From the NCBI RefSeq assembly GCF_009914755.1, contig NC_060935.1: a DNA stretch of 64,000 bases; one strand, 5' to 3'. The notes below the pieces were generated by a model. The model saw only the letters and a list, made by a program, of their open reading frames with translations, was not told the origin of the DNA and searched no databases. This document shows positions 13,738-32,899 of the stretch, piece by piece; within the stretch, counting starts at the first letter, position 1; each line of letters opens with the position of its first letter. The DNA comes from the human T2T-CHM13v2.0 reference genome, Homo sapiens. A program made the position numbers and the translations under genes.

Positions 13738-13921
13738 CCATGGGATGCTAAGTTAAATTGAACACAGAACTTGCTCTGAATATGTTGACAGTTCTGCAGA
13801 GAGTATCGTTTTTATTTCTCTATTTACAGCAAAATCACTCATCTAGTAGTTTTAAATTCCATGTAATTATTGAAATTGTAGAAGTTCAGTCCATTTTCCA
13901 CCAGAGAAAAGTGAAGGGACT

Positions 13922-13968
<47 letters not shown>

Positions 13969-13980
13969 ATCATCTATCTA
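13922..13980 (+). repeat. (TATC)n microsatellite
   Basis: Read directly. Confidence 0.95.
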
Positions 13981-14920
13981 CATATTCTTCTACAAAAATA
14001 ATAGCATCTTTCATTGAGTTTACTCTTTCCCTGGGTTTATACTAAGCTTCTCGAGGGTTGGAGGGAGAAAACTGTAGTTTTGAGGATTCATGTATGATCC
14101 TCATATAGAATTATCTGAGTATACCTCTATACTTGTCAAATTCTGAAGCCCAATTTAGGTGTAGGCCTTTTTTTCTTTAATCAGGCTCTCCTTTGGTTTT
14201 CTTCTTCTTTTTTTTAACATGTAAAAAAATTGTAAGAATTTATCTCAGAAATCAAGAATCCTTTTGTTAGACAAAGAGAACATTTAGAGGTGCTATACAA
14301 ACATGAAACTAAGCCTGTATCTAGTAGTGGTATCATGAGAACTTTTATTATTATTTACCTATTTTTTCCTAATACTTTAGAATTTGCATACCTTCTGGGA
14401 AGAAAGCACAAAAAAACACATTATGGTTTACATTAGAATGAGATAAAATTCGTCAACTGGCCAAAGGAAATCTAGGACCCAATATTATATAGAAAATAAA
14501 ATATTTCAGTGAATGTGCTTATTAAAGCATTTCATCAACCATGAACTATCTTTTTAAATCCTTTCAGTCTAATTGTGGATATTATTTATATTGACTTCTT
14601 AAGGGCCAATATCTTTATGAATTTTTCATATCTTTATGGTTTTTTTTGTCTAATACTACAATACTATGAATCTGGCATTGTCTCGTTTCATAGGAAACCA
14701 TGACTTTTAGGAAGATAGAAATAGTAAGATATTCAGGGAAAATACAAAATTTAAACAAAGAATAAGCCCAATTATACAATAAATGATTTAATTGCTTTTT
14801 AAATAATGGTATTTGAATAATTATGTTGTATCATAGAAGCAATAGATTTAGATTAAATTAAAACTTACTAGGGGTTCCTGCTTTCCTACACAGTGTGCCA
14901 AGTTTAATAGATCATCTATT

Positions 14921-15228
14921 TTTTTTTTTTCTTTGAGACAGGTCTTGCTCTGTTGCCTGGGCTGGAGTGCAGAGGCATGCCTATGGCTCACTGCAGCCTC
15001 AACATCTCAACAGTGCTCAGTGGGCTCAAGCAATCCTCCCACTTCTCAGTCTCTGAGTAGCTGGGACTACATGCTCACACTATCACAACTGACTAATCTT
15101 TGTATTTTTTGTAGAGGTAGATTTATGCCATGTTGCCCAGGTTGGTCTTGACTCCTGGGCTCAACTGATCCTCCTATTTCGGCCTCCCAAAGTGCTGGGA
15201 TTACAGGCATGGGCCACTGTGCCTGGCC
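14921..15228 (-). mobile_element. AluJ
   Basis: TSD AGATCATCTATT at 14909-14920 and 15229-15240; J-type GGGCTCAAGCAATCCTCCC. Confidence 0.9.
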
Positions 15229-15859
15229 AGATCATCTATTTTTATTTATTTATTTTCATTTATTCCATTTATTGAATAGAACAAAGTACGTGGAGCTGTG
15301 CTAGGTGCTGTGAGACAGTGCCACTCAAAGAATGACATGTGATTAATGGACTAGTACACCAATCTGTGACCAGCGGATATAGAAATGGAGGGTGAACTAC
15401 TTTTGTAGCAATTGGATATCCAAGAATGCCATCATTAGGCTTGCAGTTTTCTTTCCTCCTTCCCTTCCTCTCCTCTCTCCTTTCCTTCTTCTTCTTCTTT
15501 TTTTTTTTAAAGTAATTCATTTTCATTGTCAAATGTATTAGTTCAAGGTGGGTTGTGAACCAAAAGCATGATAGCAATAGCAGTTTCCTTGGCTGAGGAC
15601 ATTTGCCTCAGGGAGTCATGGCTAAGTTAATCACGTGAGTGGCAGGGCTGCCAGTCTCCCCTTGTTTCCCTCCCATCTTCTTTCATCAGAGCCTTAAGAT
15701 AGTCCTGAGATCTCAGGAGCCCTATTTTGTTGTATATCCTCTGCCCTGATTTGAAGAAAAGATGATTCTTACTGTGGGCTTTAGCCTTTTGTTTTTCTGT
15801 AAGTAGATTCATTTGTTTACATTCCTCTTGTTCTATAACCCCATTTCTCTTTCTCTGAC

Positions 15860-16340
15860 TTTTTTTTCCATTGGTTATTGGGGTACAGGAGGTGCTTGGT
15901 TACATGAGTAAGTTCTTCAGTGGTGATTCGTGAGATTTTGGTGCACCCATCACCTGAGCAGTATACACTGCACTATATTTACAGTCTTTTATCCCTTGCC
16001 CCTTTCCCACTCTTCCCTGAGTCCCCAGAGTCCACTGTATCTTTCTTATGCCTTTGCGTCCTCATAGCTCAGTTCCCACATATAAGTGAGAACATACAAT
16101 GTTTGGTTTGCCATTCCTAAGTTAGTTCACTTAGAATAATAGTTTCCAATCTCATCCAAGTCACTGTGAATAGTGTTAATTCATTCCTTCTTATGGCTGA
16201 GTAGTATTCCATTATATATATATATAACAGTTTCTTTATCCACTCGTTGATTGATGGGCATTTGGGTTTGTTCCGTGATTTTGTAATTGCGAATTGTGCG
16301 GCTATAAACATGAGTGTGCAAGTATCTTTTTCATATAACA
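15860..16340 (-). mobile_element. L1PB 3' end
   Basis: Antisense L1 3'UTR/ORF2 end. Confidence 0.85.
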
Positions 16341-16491
16341 GATCATCTAATTTTAAAAACAAATATGCCTTTCTGTTCACTTTTACCTAAATTTGTTCCT
16401 TTTAAAAACTTTGAATGCTTCTTTGAATTCTGTAAAAATTTAACTGTAATGTAATTGATGAATCTACTTAAAATTTATTTTGTACCCTCAG

Positions 16492-16560
16492 GTTTTAAAA
16501 GTGAAGGTTATTTTTAGATATCTGCTAATATTTATCTCAAGAACATTACCAAGGCGATGA
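16492..16560 (+). CDS. OOSP1: Candidate distal terminal exon of OOSP1: VLKVKVIFRYLLIFISRTLPRR*
   Basis: TTTTGTACCCTCAG acceptor, phase 0 in frame with exon 4, TGA at 16558-16560, AATAAA at 16760-16765. Confidence 0.6.
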   Translation, partial: VLKVKVIFRYLLIFISRTLPRR

Positions 16561-17479
16561 CTCATGCATATTTCATGTGCTGTTGAGCGAGATGATAGAT
16601 CTTCATCACACCCTGCAATTTCATTTATCCATCCAAGGTACTTGTGTTTGGAGAGAACATTAAATGTCATCCTGGAATGTCTGTTTAATGATGATACTGG
16701 TTTCTGTTTTAAAATGTGTCATCATACGTGTTCATTGGATCTTCAACCACCTATTTTCCAATAAAATTCTGAAAACGAGCTGAAGGGGCACTTTCTTAAG
16801 CACTAAGTTCTGACTAGAGCTGGATGCTTTTCATTCCACATTCTGTATTGTTTAGTAGAACAATAATTTATCTCTGCAAATATTAGGAGATGCCTGCTAT
16901 CCTTAGACAAATAGATCATTATTCATGTATTAATAATTCTTTTAATATACTGTTGATATCAGGATCAACCTGGAGTTCCATTAATTCCTGTATTTCATAT
17001 TTTCTCTGTCTTATTTTTTATGGCAAAGACTAGATGGGCACATTAGGGTTTACAACTAGATCAGCAAGAAGAATGAAAAAGGTAAAGAATGAATTTAACT
17101 AGCCCTGAGGATAGTTGTTGTATATGTCTTCAGGACCCCAAGATGAAACTTAAGAGTCATTTGGTACTTTCATTAAGTTGTTCAATAGGTCTAATTATAT
17201 CAAGCTCTTGAATACCAATTTCTGTTTTAATCAAGTAATAACATTTCTCATGTAACTGGGAAGATGTTTTTGCGGCAACTTATATGTAAAGGTTTTTAGA
17301 TTTAAATCCTCTACTAAGAATCTATAATCTTATTATGGTGCCTGAATGGTAACAGAGCTTAGTGACCCTCTCACTTAAAAATGGAAAAAAGCCTGTGTTA
17401 AATCAAAGAATAGCAATGATAACTTAGCCACCAATATGATAACACTGGGGCCTAAATAAATGTTTGAACACATATTTTA

Positions 17480-22010
<4,531 letters not shown>

Positions 22011-23109
22011 AGTGGTTATTTCAACAGAGGAAAGCATGTAAGCTATTGGAATTAGAAATTCCAGTATTATTTTATGTACTTCTATGTAGTTAGCTATTTA
22101 AAATAACAATGTATTTATTCACCTCTTAAATAAGAAAACAGATAAGTATTTTCAAATAAAAACCACTGAAATATTCTTCATAAATTTAATCTACTGTAAG
22201 GTTCTCATTCCCAAATATAATTTAAGTGATAGATACCTTAACATAAAATCCTACTAATTTTAAAGAACATGCACTATAATAAAAACGTTTAGTAGAAAGG
22301 ACTTTGAGATTTCTGATGTTCACAGATGTTACTTTTTGCTTCCTCGTTGTTACATCAGTTCATAATCCTGGAGATTCATATAGCTAAAAACAATTATTTT
22401 GTACTTAGAAGCTGAGGCAATCTATGTGATATGCTACACAATTTCTAAAAATAATTTATTAGGCTTTTACTTTTACTTTTTGAGAGGAAGTTTTTTGGAG
22501 GTTGGTTTCTGCCAAAAGGTATAACCAAGTGATGCTGTTATTCTTATCTATTATCCCTTTTTCTTACAATTTTTCATTACTAGATTTAATTGTCCAAAAA
22601 TGCCCTTAGAGAATATTTCTTTAGATCTCTAGATATGTGCACATTCATAATAAAATGCTTGTAGGGAAAGCAAAATTAAACCAGAAAGCATTGTTTTGCC
22701 AAAGCTTAGACCACAGGTGTGTGGATTTGTTTACCTGAATCAAAACCTCCTGAAGCTGATTACAAGCACCGATTAGTGAGCGCATCTCGTCCCAGGTTTA
22801 CTGGATCTGAATCATTGGTTGGGAGGTAGAGCAAAAGCTTTTTTATTTTTCTTTTTTCACAAGAACCCAGAGTGAATATAATATGCAATATTGCAATATT
22901 GTTAATCAATTCATAAATAATTCTTCTGTATCACCACTTGAATTTCTCAAATCATCTTGCAAAGCCCTACTTTAACAATTCAATAGACACATATCAAATA
23001 TTATGTCAGACACAATTTCAGACACATCCACATGCTTGAGAAAAAAGACATGGTGGTAGGAGATGCAGCCTAGAACCACTTTCCATGTGTTCTTTCCTGA
23101 GTTTCTGAT

Positions 23110-23154
23110 TTACCTTTCAATGGCAAAAACCGCAATTACTTTTGCGCCAACTTA
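23110..23154 (+). mobile_element. Half MADE1 (single Hsmar1 mariner TIR)
   Basis: TTTCAATGGCAAAAACCGCAATTACTTTTGCGCCAACTTAA matches the 3' half of the MADE1 consensus. Confidence 0.9.
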
Positions 23155-23161
23155 ATAACTT

Positions 23162-23268
23162 CAGCTGTGAGGACAAAAAGCCAAAACTATGCTAAGGGGT
23201 TCTCAGTGCTTTCCAGAATGATAAACCATCACCCACAGCTGAGGAGGCAAGAGGTTTATAAACACCTG
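23162..23268 (+). promoter_or_regulatory. OOSP4A: OOSP4A proximal promoter: E-boxes CAGCTG (23162, 23236), TATAAA (23257), CACCTG (23263)
   Basis: Motifs read directly; all four are conserved in the paralogous promoter at 37241-37346. Confidence 0.75.
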
Positions 23269-23305
23269 TGGAGGCCCACTTCCCTAGGTTTTCTGTTTCC
23301 TGTGA

Positions 23306-23464
<159 letters not shown>

Positions 23465-24323
23465 TAACATATTGTTGACTTTGGGAGTTTGTTTTTTTTA
23501 TAACCTAGTGATCAACTGCTAATAACTAATGATCGCAAAGTTACAGCCAGACTAGTTTTATCTTTACCCCTGTACTTCCTCTTGAATTTTTCCTCTAAGC
23601 TGATCTCAAGGTGCTGTTGTTTTTTATTTTTTTTTACATGCAAAATATTTCCAGGTTCTTTCTCTGCTGGAGACTAGCTTGTTACTTTGCTGAATGTGAA
23701 ATACTTACAGTGACTGGCAAAATCAGGAGAGACTGCCCAGTGCCTAAGAGAGGAGGTTACCTAGGTCTACATTTCTGGCCGTGGGGTATGAAGTTTGGAC
23801 AGAGAGTAGTCAGCTGTATTCAATTGTATATGATTCTTTTCAGAGTTGAGGCTCTGAATAGATTTGGCATAGATTTTAATCCTGATCTGCCACTTAATAG
23901 TTACATGACCTTAAATTTATCCATGTGTAAATATGGGATAATAATAAAATTGACCATAGAAATGTACTGAAAATGAAGTAAGACCTCAAACCAAAATTTA
24001 ACATAGTTGGCAATCAAAATTATCATCGGAGTAACTGCAGTATTATTTTGTTTCTGAATCCTTAGTGTCACATACTAATTAATATTTATTGGCTCAGATA
24101 TTTTGATGCAAAATAAAATTTTAAGTGGAAGCACGTGATATATTTTTCTATTGTGTGCAGCCAAATGTAAAGCTTTTTCTTGTTTCTCCATTTCAGATAG
24201 ATATCACTTACACCTAGATATATTTCAAACATGTATTCCTGAGACCTGTTAGTAAAATTTGAACAATCCCTAAAAACAAAGTGTGCATGTTGCGATATTT
24301 GACTTATTTAGCTTAGAAATTCT

Positions 24324-24603
24324 CAACTATCGCAAGGACAAAAATCCAAACACTGCATGTTCTCACTCATAGGTGGGAATTGAACAATGAGAACACATGG
24401 AGACAGGAAGGGGAACATCACACACCGGGGCCTGTTGTGGGGTGGGGGAGGGGGGAGGGGGGAGGGATAGCATTAGGAGATATACCTAATGTTAAATGAC
24501 GAGTTAATGGGTGCAGCACACCAACATGGCACATGTATACATATGTAACTAACCTGCACGTTGTGCACATGTACCCTAAAACTTAAAGTATAATTAAGAA
24601 AAA
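24324..24603 (+). mobile_element. Truncated L1PA 3' end in OOSP4A intron 1
   Basis: L1 3'UTR with polyG tract and tail; AAATTCT on both flanks. Confidence 0.9.
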
Positions 24604-24800
24604 ATTCTGAAGAAGTACTTCTACGGTTTTTCCACATTCTGATGAAAAAACTGAGACACATAGAGATTAATTGACCCAAGATCTCCCAGTGGAAAAATAT
24701 ACAAATAGGAGCAAAACATTTTCACTCTACAGTTGGGGATTCAGCTCAAGAGGTTGAAAGTTTCCTGAGTTCTTTGTTTGGGGGCAGACGTACTATTTGA

Positions 24801-25073
<273 letters not shown>

Positions 25074-25721
25074 TGACTAAAACTGCAGTATTCACATTTT
25101 AATTGTCAGTTAATTTAATAGTTCATGTAGTATTGATTATTCTCTTCAACATTTTTGGATGTTGCTTCTATCTGTAGGAAAGACAAATAGGATTTGGGAT
25201 TCCAAAAACTGTGTGTTCCTACTTTAAAATATTTTTTTGGCAACATATCTCTTTTGCCTGTGATAGTGTTTTTTTTGTTGTTGTTGTTGTTTTTTAAAAT
25301 ATTCTGGTTAAATCTAGTTTGAGAGAAACATTTCGTTTTGAAACAGTACCACAAATACCCAACTCTTGTTGTTGACCTAAAATTTTGATGAAAATGGGGT
25401 ATATCAGTTTATATAGTTCCTGTATTAATAAGAGAGAAATCAATCTTTCCAGTCACCAGAAAACTTTTTTTTTTTTTGCTTTATGTTAAATTGTTGCTAT
25501 GTTTTGTAATTATAGCCTAGTTTTTCATTTTTGGTATCACATCTATTTCTAGTAAAGATTATTTAGGTGAACTGATTCTATTTTTGGATCCAAGTACATG
25601 ACTTTATCATTTGTTTGCTGCTGTATCTCTAGTCTCAAAAAAAAAAAGTCTAGTATTTGGCAAGTACTCAATTTAGCATGAGGCTGACTCAACTGCTTTT
25701 CTAAAGTTGTCAAATATCTAG

Positions 25722-26070
<349 letters not shown>

Positions 26071-26363
26071 CAGACCTTGACTGTTAAACAAATGTGGTGA
26101 TCAAAAGTTGTCTATGCAGACTCAAGTGCCAAATACAATGTCCCTGCTACTATGGCAGGGGCTATTAATGTCTTCTAAAACCAGGGATTTTTATCACTTA
26201 GCTCTGCTCTTCTATTGTAGACCGTGCACTCATACCTATTTTATTTCATAAAGTAAAAATAAAAGTAAAAATTATTTTGTTTTTAATCTATATTTTTAAA
26301 ATGGAATTTGAAAGCATTTGAAAGAGATATAATTAAGATAATTTATATCCTTTACACCTTTAG

Positions 26364-26462
<99 letters not shown>

Positions 26463-28423
26463 TAAGTGCAGTGCACTACTGAGATTAAGGCTATCTAATA
26501 TTATTTTTGCCTTCTAGGTGTTCTGATCAGTTAAACTGCTGAACATTATGCTAAGGTTGGACATTGGATCAAATCTGATCTATGGTGTTCTGTTGGTCAT
26601 GTGAGTAGGTCTAAATAAATTGATTCTCTCAATGTAGTTTCCGCATGAGTAGATGAGGCTCAGTTGTTATATGAGAATTGAATTCTACAGTCACTAAAGA
26701 GATTATGTCAGAAAGTTTTTGTTAGTAATCTTTCCTTTTTTGCAGTGTTCCTTGTCTGCACCTGCCCATACTGTCTCATCCATGGCTATTATAGGAGTTC
26801 TTAAGTTTTTGTGCAAACCATACCACCTTTCTGCAGATGTGGGGAGGAGCCAAGAGATTCAAAATCAGTATTTTCTCAATTTTAAAACTAGAATTGAATC
26901 AGTCTTTGATTTGTCAGTTTCTGCAAAAACTGACAAATTTTTGTATTTTATATATATATCTAATTTTTTTTATATATATAAAATCAAGACTTGCTAATGA
27001 CCAAAATTCTCTCCTTATTGGAGAAACTTTTCTGCAATGAGAGAGTAAAGCAGGAGAGCCTGTTGATGAAGGTGGAGGCAATTCTGCTTGTGGTCAAATC
27101 CCTGGTTGAGCTGTTCACAAGGCCCAGTTGCATGTGTGTTCTCTCTGCCCCTAGAGTGTTCATTCCAACCAATTTTGAAGGTTGTCTCTGTGTCTCTGGA
27201 GACACAGAATTTAATGGCTATATTTAACTTACAACCACTGACTTCAATTATACTTGGTGATATCTACTTTTCTTATTCATTAACAGCATCTTTGGTCCTT
27301 CTCATAAGTGAAAATCAAGTCAGGTCCCTATCTCCAATGTTATATCAAACTTGGGTTTTCTTTAAGACTCCTAGAGTTTTACAGAGCACACAAAGGATTT
27401 GGAGAAGAAGAGGGTTTAGTATAATCTGAGTAGTACATTTCCCTCTGCTGCTTTTATCTTCATGTTTTGCTGATATGACAGGATGAAAGAGGTTGGGTCA
27501 CAATTATCTCATGGTTACATGGTGCAATTGTGGTCCATTTCCAGCAATGCTGGCTAGATAATCATACCTTCACCCAGAAGTGTATCTCGAATTATGGATG
27601 TGTGAGTTTTTTGGAGTTCTTAGAAAGGGGGTGGTCATCACAACTGCATATTTCCTGATGGACCGATCTAAAACAAGGCTTACTTCTTCGTCCATACAAC
27701 TGCCACTGTAGGCCTCCACACAACCTGCTCATTTTCTGTCTTGGTTGTTTTTTATTCCAATATCTTGACTTCTTGAGGTCCCCTCTCCAGTTCACAGGTA
27801 TTCTTGAGTGAAATCCTGGAAATACAGCTAAAATGTTGATACCTGTGGGGGAAATTACTTAGTCATACTACAGTTCATGGTGGGAGAATATGCCCTTTCT
27901 GTCCCCTTTTCTACACCTGCATGTCTCTCGTGTCATTCTACTGCACAGGCAGATAGTTGGGAGTAAAATGTCAGCCTCTTGCTGTAGGAAACTCTGTGTT
28001 GGAGAAGCTGATAGAAACACCTTTATTTGGCTTCATTAAGGGAGGGAGAATTTTAGTGACCCCACTTATCCCTCTGTCATAGGCTAAGAACTCAGAACTG
28101 CATGCCTCTAATCATTCTCTGTAGATGTCTGTTGAGATGATTAGAGATAAGAGCTGCTTCAGCCACTTATTAAGAGTTCTTGGTATTTGACATTCCTGTG
28201 AAATTGGCTTCAGGTCACAATAGTACATTTTGGGATAATGAAAAGTCGTATGCAACCATCTGTGAATTTTTTCTCATATTCTGTGAAACAACACATTTTC
28301 ATATTTGTCTCAGCTAGCTGATTTGGCATTCTCTCACAGCTGGAAGAGATCTGTTTAATTTAGTTTTTCTCCACATTTCAACTTTTTCTCCACCTCCAAA
28401 AGCATAATATATACAAAGCTTAA

Positions 28424-28582
<159 letters not shown>

Positions 28583-29322
28583 TAAGAGTATTTTGAATTA
28601 GTACCATAAATGTTTACAGTACATTTATATAAAAAAGGCCAGGGTTTAGTAAGGTGGTGGCATATGCCACATTTTGTGTACTATTGCCCATATGATTTTA
28701 GTTCAGGATCATTGGAATACTGCATTTTTTATGTTTATTAGGGATATATTTTATCTTGGCATTTCTCATTATTTCCTTACATAAAACAGATTTGCAATTG
28801 TAACCTCAATAGTTCTTTTATGTTAATTTACTTGAGCTAGAGAAAAACCATCTTTGGTGCATATAAGTATGGAATGGGATCATGGATTCCCGTAAAGATA
28901 GTAATTGATATCTATGTTAACTCTAATTCCAGCTTTTTGTTCTAAAAGAACTAAATGTCAGCAAGAGAAAACTCAAATGAGCCATAAGAATATTCAAATA
29001 GGCTATAATCTTTGGACTTTAGTATGCTAGAGGGACAGGCCCTTATTCCACGTATCAACCGACCCTCATAATTCTAAACTTCAGATGGTGTCCTCATGTA
29101 AAATTTATAATCATTTACTAAGCATTTGTTAACTAATAGCTACATATACACATAATATGTATGTGTGTATACATGTGTATATATCGTATTTGTGATACTT
29201 GAATCATTAGAATATTATAATGGTCCCTGGGGTTTAAAATTGATGCCTTTTTCCCACGTTCCCACTTTGTTGAGCCTCAGTGGATAGTTAGATGGTAGTT
29301 TCCCATCAGTACAACAATGTAA

Positions 29323-29421
<99 letters not shown>

Positions 29422-29618
29422 TGAGGCTACCCTACTTCACCTGGTACTCTGGCTGCTTGAGGATTTCATTGCCTTTTAGAAGTTGGACTAGTCACTGGAT
29501 ATTGTCTTTTATCATTTCAAATGTGATATTTTTAAATGAAAAAACCTGCTCTGTTGTCCATATTTATGAACCGTTGGGGTAGGGAGAAAAGCCTTCCCTT
29601 CCCAGATTTTAAACTTGT

Positions 29619-29640
29619 AATAAAGGTATTCTTAAATAAA
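29619..29640 (+). terminator. OOSP4A: OOSP4A polyadenylation signals (two AATAAA)
   Basis: AATAAA at 29619-29624 and 29635-29640; the second aligns with the paralogue's AATAAA at 56314. Confidence 0.7.
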
Positions 29641-31113
29641 GTTTTACAATTCTTAATAGTTATTTATATTTTTAAAAGAAAACTTAAGTCCTGATTCACA
29701 GAGCATTATAAAGTGTGAGGCAATTGCATTTTGTGAATAGGCTTACCCATCATCATCTGTTTTGGGTAGCAATTGAGTATCTAATACACAGTAGTCTTTC
29801 CTTATTCAGTTTTGCTTCCCATGGTTTCAGTTTCTCGCTGTCAACTGTGGTCTCAAAATACTAAAATATTCTTAATATCTTCATGGAAATTCATAATTCC
29901 ATTTCATACTTGTTACGTACTCCAAAGAAAGACACATTCACATAACTTTTGTTGTAGCATATTTTATGATATATTTTATTGTTAATCTCTTACTGTGCCT
30001 AATTAAACTTTATCATAGATATAAATAAGAAAATTATAGTGTTTATACAGGGTTTGGTACTAACCACAATTTCAGGAATCCCCTGGTGGTCTTGGAATGC
30101 ATCCCCTATGGATAAAGGGAACTACTGTATCATAATCTAATTCTCCAGTTGTTCCCCGTTTCACTGACTTCTAATGATATGTGTAAAATAAGATGAAATC
30201 AGGATTTTCTTTATAAATTGTTCAGAAAATAGCCTATTTCAGTCTCTTCTGTATTTTTTCCTGTCTGGATCACTTTCCTTTTCTGTGTGTTAGCAATTTC
30301 AAATCAGTTTGGAAATGTAGGTTCATCCATCTGGTCATATAAAGAGGCTAGAATTGAGAGGAAATAAAATTCCAGTTGGTTTCTGCATTATTGATGATTG
30401 TTTCAAACCAAAAGTGAATCTTTCTTGTCCAAATATCTCTAAAGGCAAATGGCAGCATTTGAAAAGAATGTAAAAATCTTTTGCTTTTACAGATTCTCTT
30501 GAAATTCTTCACTCCTAATCTCTGGATTATGGATCAGTTGACAAAAGTAACAAGGGGTCATAATTGCAGCATACTCTAGTCCTGATAAGGCTGTCAAACA
30601 GTTTAGAGCCCTGGATAAATAAGGCTTCCTGCAAATCTCTGCCCTTTTTTAACCAGTCAGAGGGAGGAAGCTCTGCCTCAGAGTTTAGAAGATGTAAAGG
30701 GCCTGGGGCCAGGAAGATTTCCAGAACAGCAAAAATCCAGGTAAGGCTGTAGGGTGACTGTTTCTTCTCACCAGTGGGTTAAAGACTGAATTTTCTTATG
30801 AGAAAAATTGAAAGTTGAAGTCCACAAATGTGTCTCAAATGCTGTTCTTTCTTGGGTAATGTAGTAAATAAACATGGTCCCCTAATACTATCCTGTTCTA
30901 CTGCCCTTTATTTCGGTTTATTTCCCACAGCATTTTCCCCTTTTAAAATAGGCCCCTAAGGGAATTTACTAACATAATATGAACTATTTCAATGCTTGAA
31001 TATAAGAGCATGAGTTTCATTTTAATTCATGAGACATTTTTCATTTTTCTCTAGAGAGAAATGTGTTACCTATTTTAAGTAAATTTGACAATAATTTAAC
31101 TGAGTTGCTGTAA

Positions 31114-31740
<627 letters not shown>

Positions 31741-32269
31741 TAGAAATCATCAGTGCAGGGCCTATTAACATTGGTCCATCCCTCCCAGAAGTGTCATAGA
31801 TGAAAGATGATCCAACCACATTTAAGTCTACAGACAGCAAGAAAGCAAGAGAAAATAAGTGGGGAAGGGTTTTGAAGAGAGACAATGCATTTAGGATAGG
31901 GTAGAGGCAGAATTGAAGGACCATGTTACTGTAATCCTCAAATATGCGCTGTCCTTATCTCTGCTGCATCATCTTTCTGCACTGATTGTGATTATGAGAT
32001 TATAAGAACCTGACTTGAGGACTGAAAAAGTCGGCTCTAGACACAAGGTGCTCAAGGTCAGTGACATGCATTTGCTCTATCAGAGTGTTACAGAGGCAAG
32101 CTCCCTGGCCAGAGCTGTAGCTCACCAGTTCATGTGGTATACTGCCACGGAATTTGTACAGAAGAGTAAAAAACATATGAAGGCCATAATGTGACTATAT
32201 TAGGTATCACCAATAGGTGGGCAATGTTATACAGATGTTAGGTCAATATATATACACACACACACGTGT

Positions 32270-32695
32270 GTGTGTGTGGGCATGTGTGTGTTGGCTCAGA
32301 TCATCGCGGGGGCTAATTCCCAAGATCCGCAAGCTGGAGACCCAGGAAAGCTCATGGTATAGTTCTAGCTGAGTCTAAAATCCTGACAATCAGGAACATT
32401 AATTGTGCGAGTCCCAGCCTGAGGGCAGAAGAAGACCAATAATATCTGAGTTCAAGCAGTCAAGTGAAAAAGAGTGAATTGTCCGTTCCTCTGTCTTTTT
32501 GTTCTATTCAGACCCTCAACAGATTGGATGATGCCCAGCCACGTTGGGAAAGGCACTTTGCTTTACTTAGCTTACCTATTCAAATGCTTATCTCCTCTGG
32601 AAACACCCTTGCAAACACACCGAGAAGCAATGTTTAACCAAATAGCTGGGCACCCCGTGGCCCAGGTAGACTGACCCATAAAATTAACCATCACA
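32270..32695. mobile_element. MLT2-like ERVL LTR
   Basis: Ends in CATAAAATTAACCATCACA and is preceded by a (CA)n(TG)n tract. Confidence 0.75.
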
Positions 32696-32899
32696 CTGAC
32701 TCATCTATATTTAACAGATTTTATTAATTCTGTGGTGTTCCACAACCTTCTTCTAATATTTCTGTACTTAAGATATCCTATAAATTTGCCTGTTATTTAA
32801 ATCTAAGTTTATTACTTCTTATTGATTTTTAACTATTTTCTTTTCTTGCCTTGATAGCACAATTCCATGCTCTCAAATAATACAGATGAAACATGTTAT

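Noticed and set aside
13788-13890. Possible exon 3 remnant of the nested pseudogene
   Set aside because: Only a vague resemblance, with no convincing Cys motif or donor.
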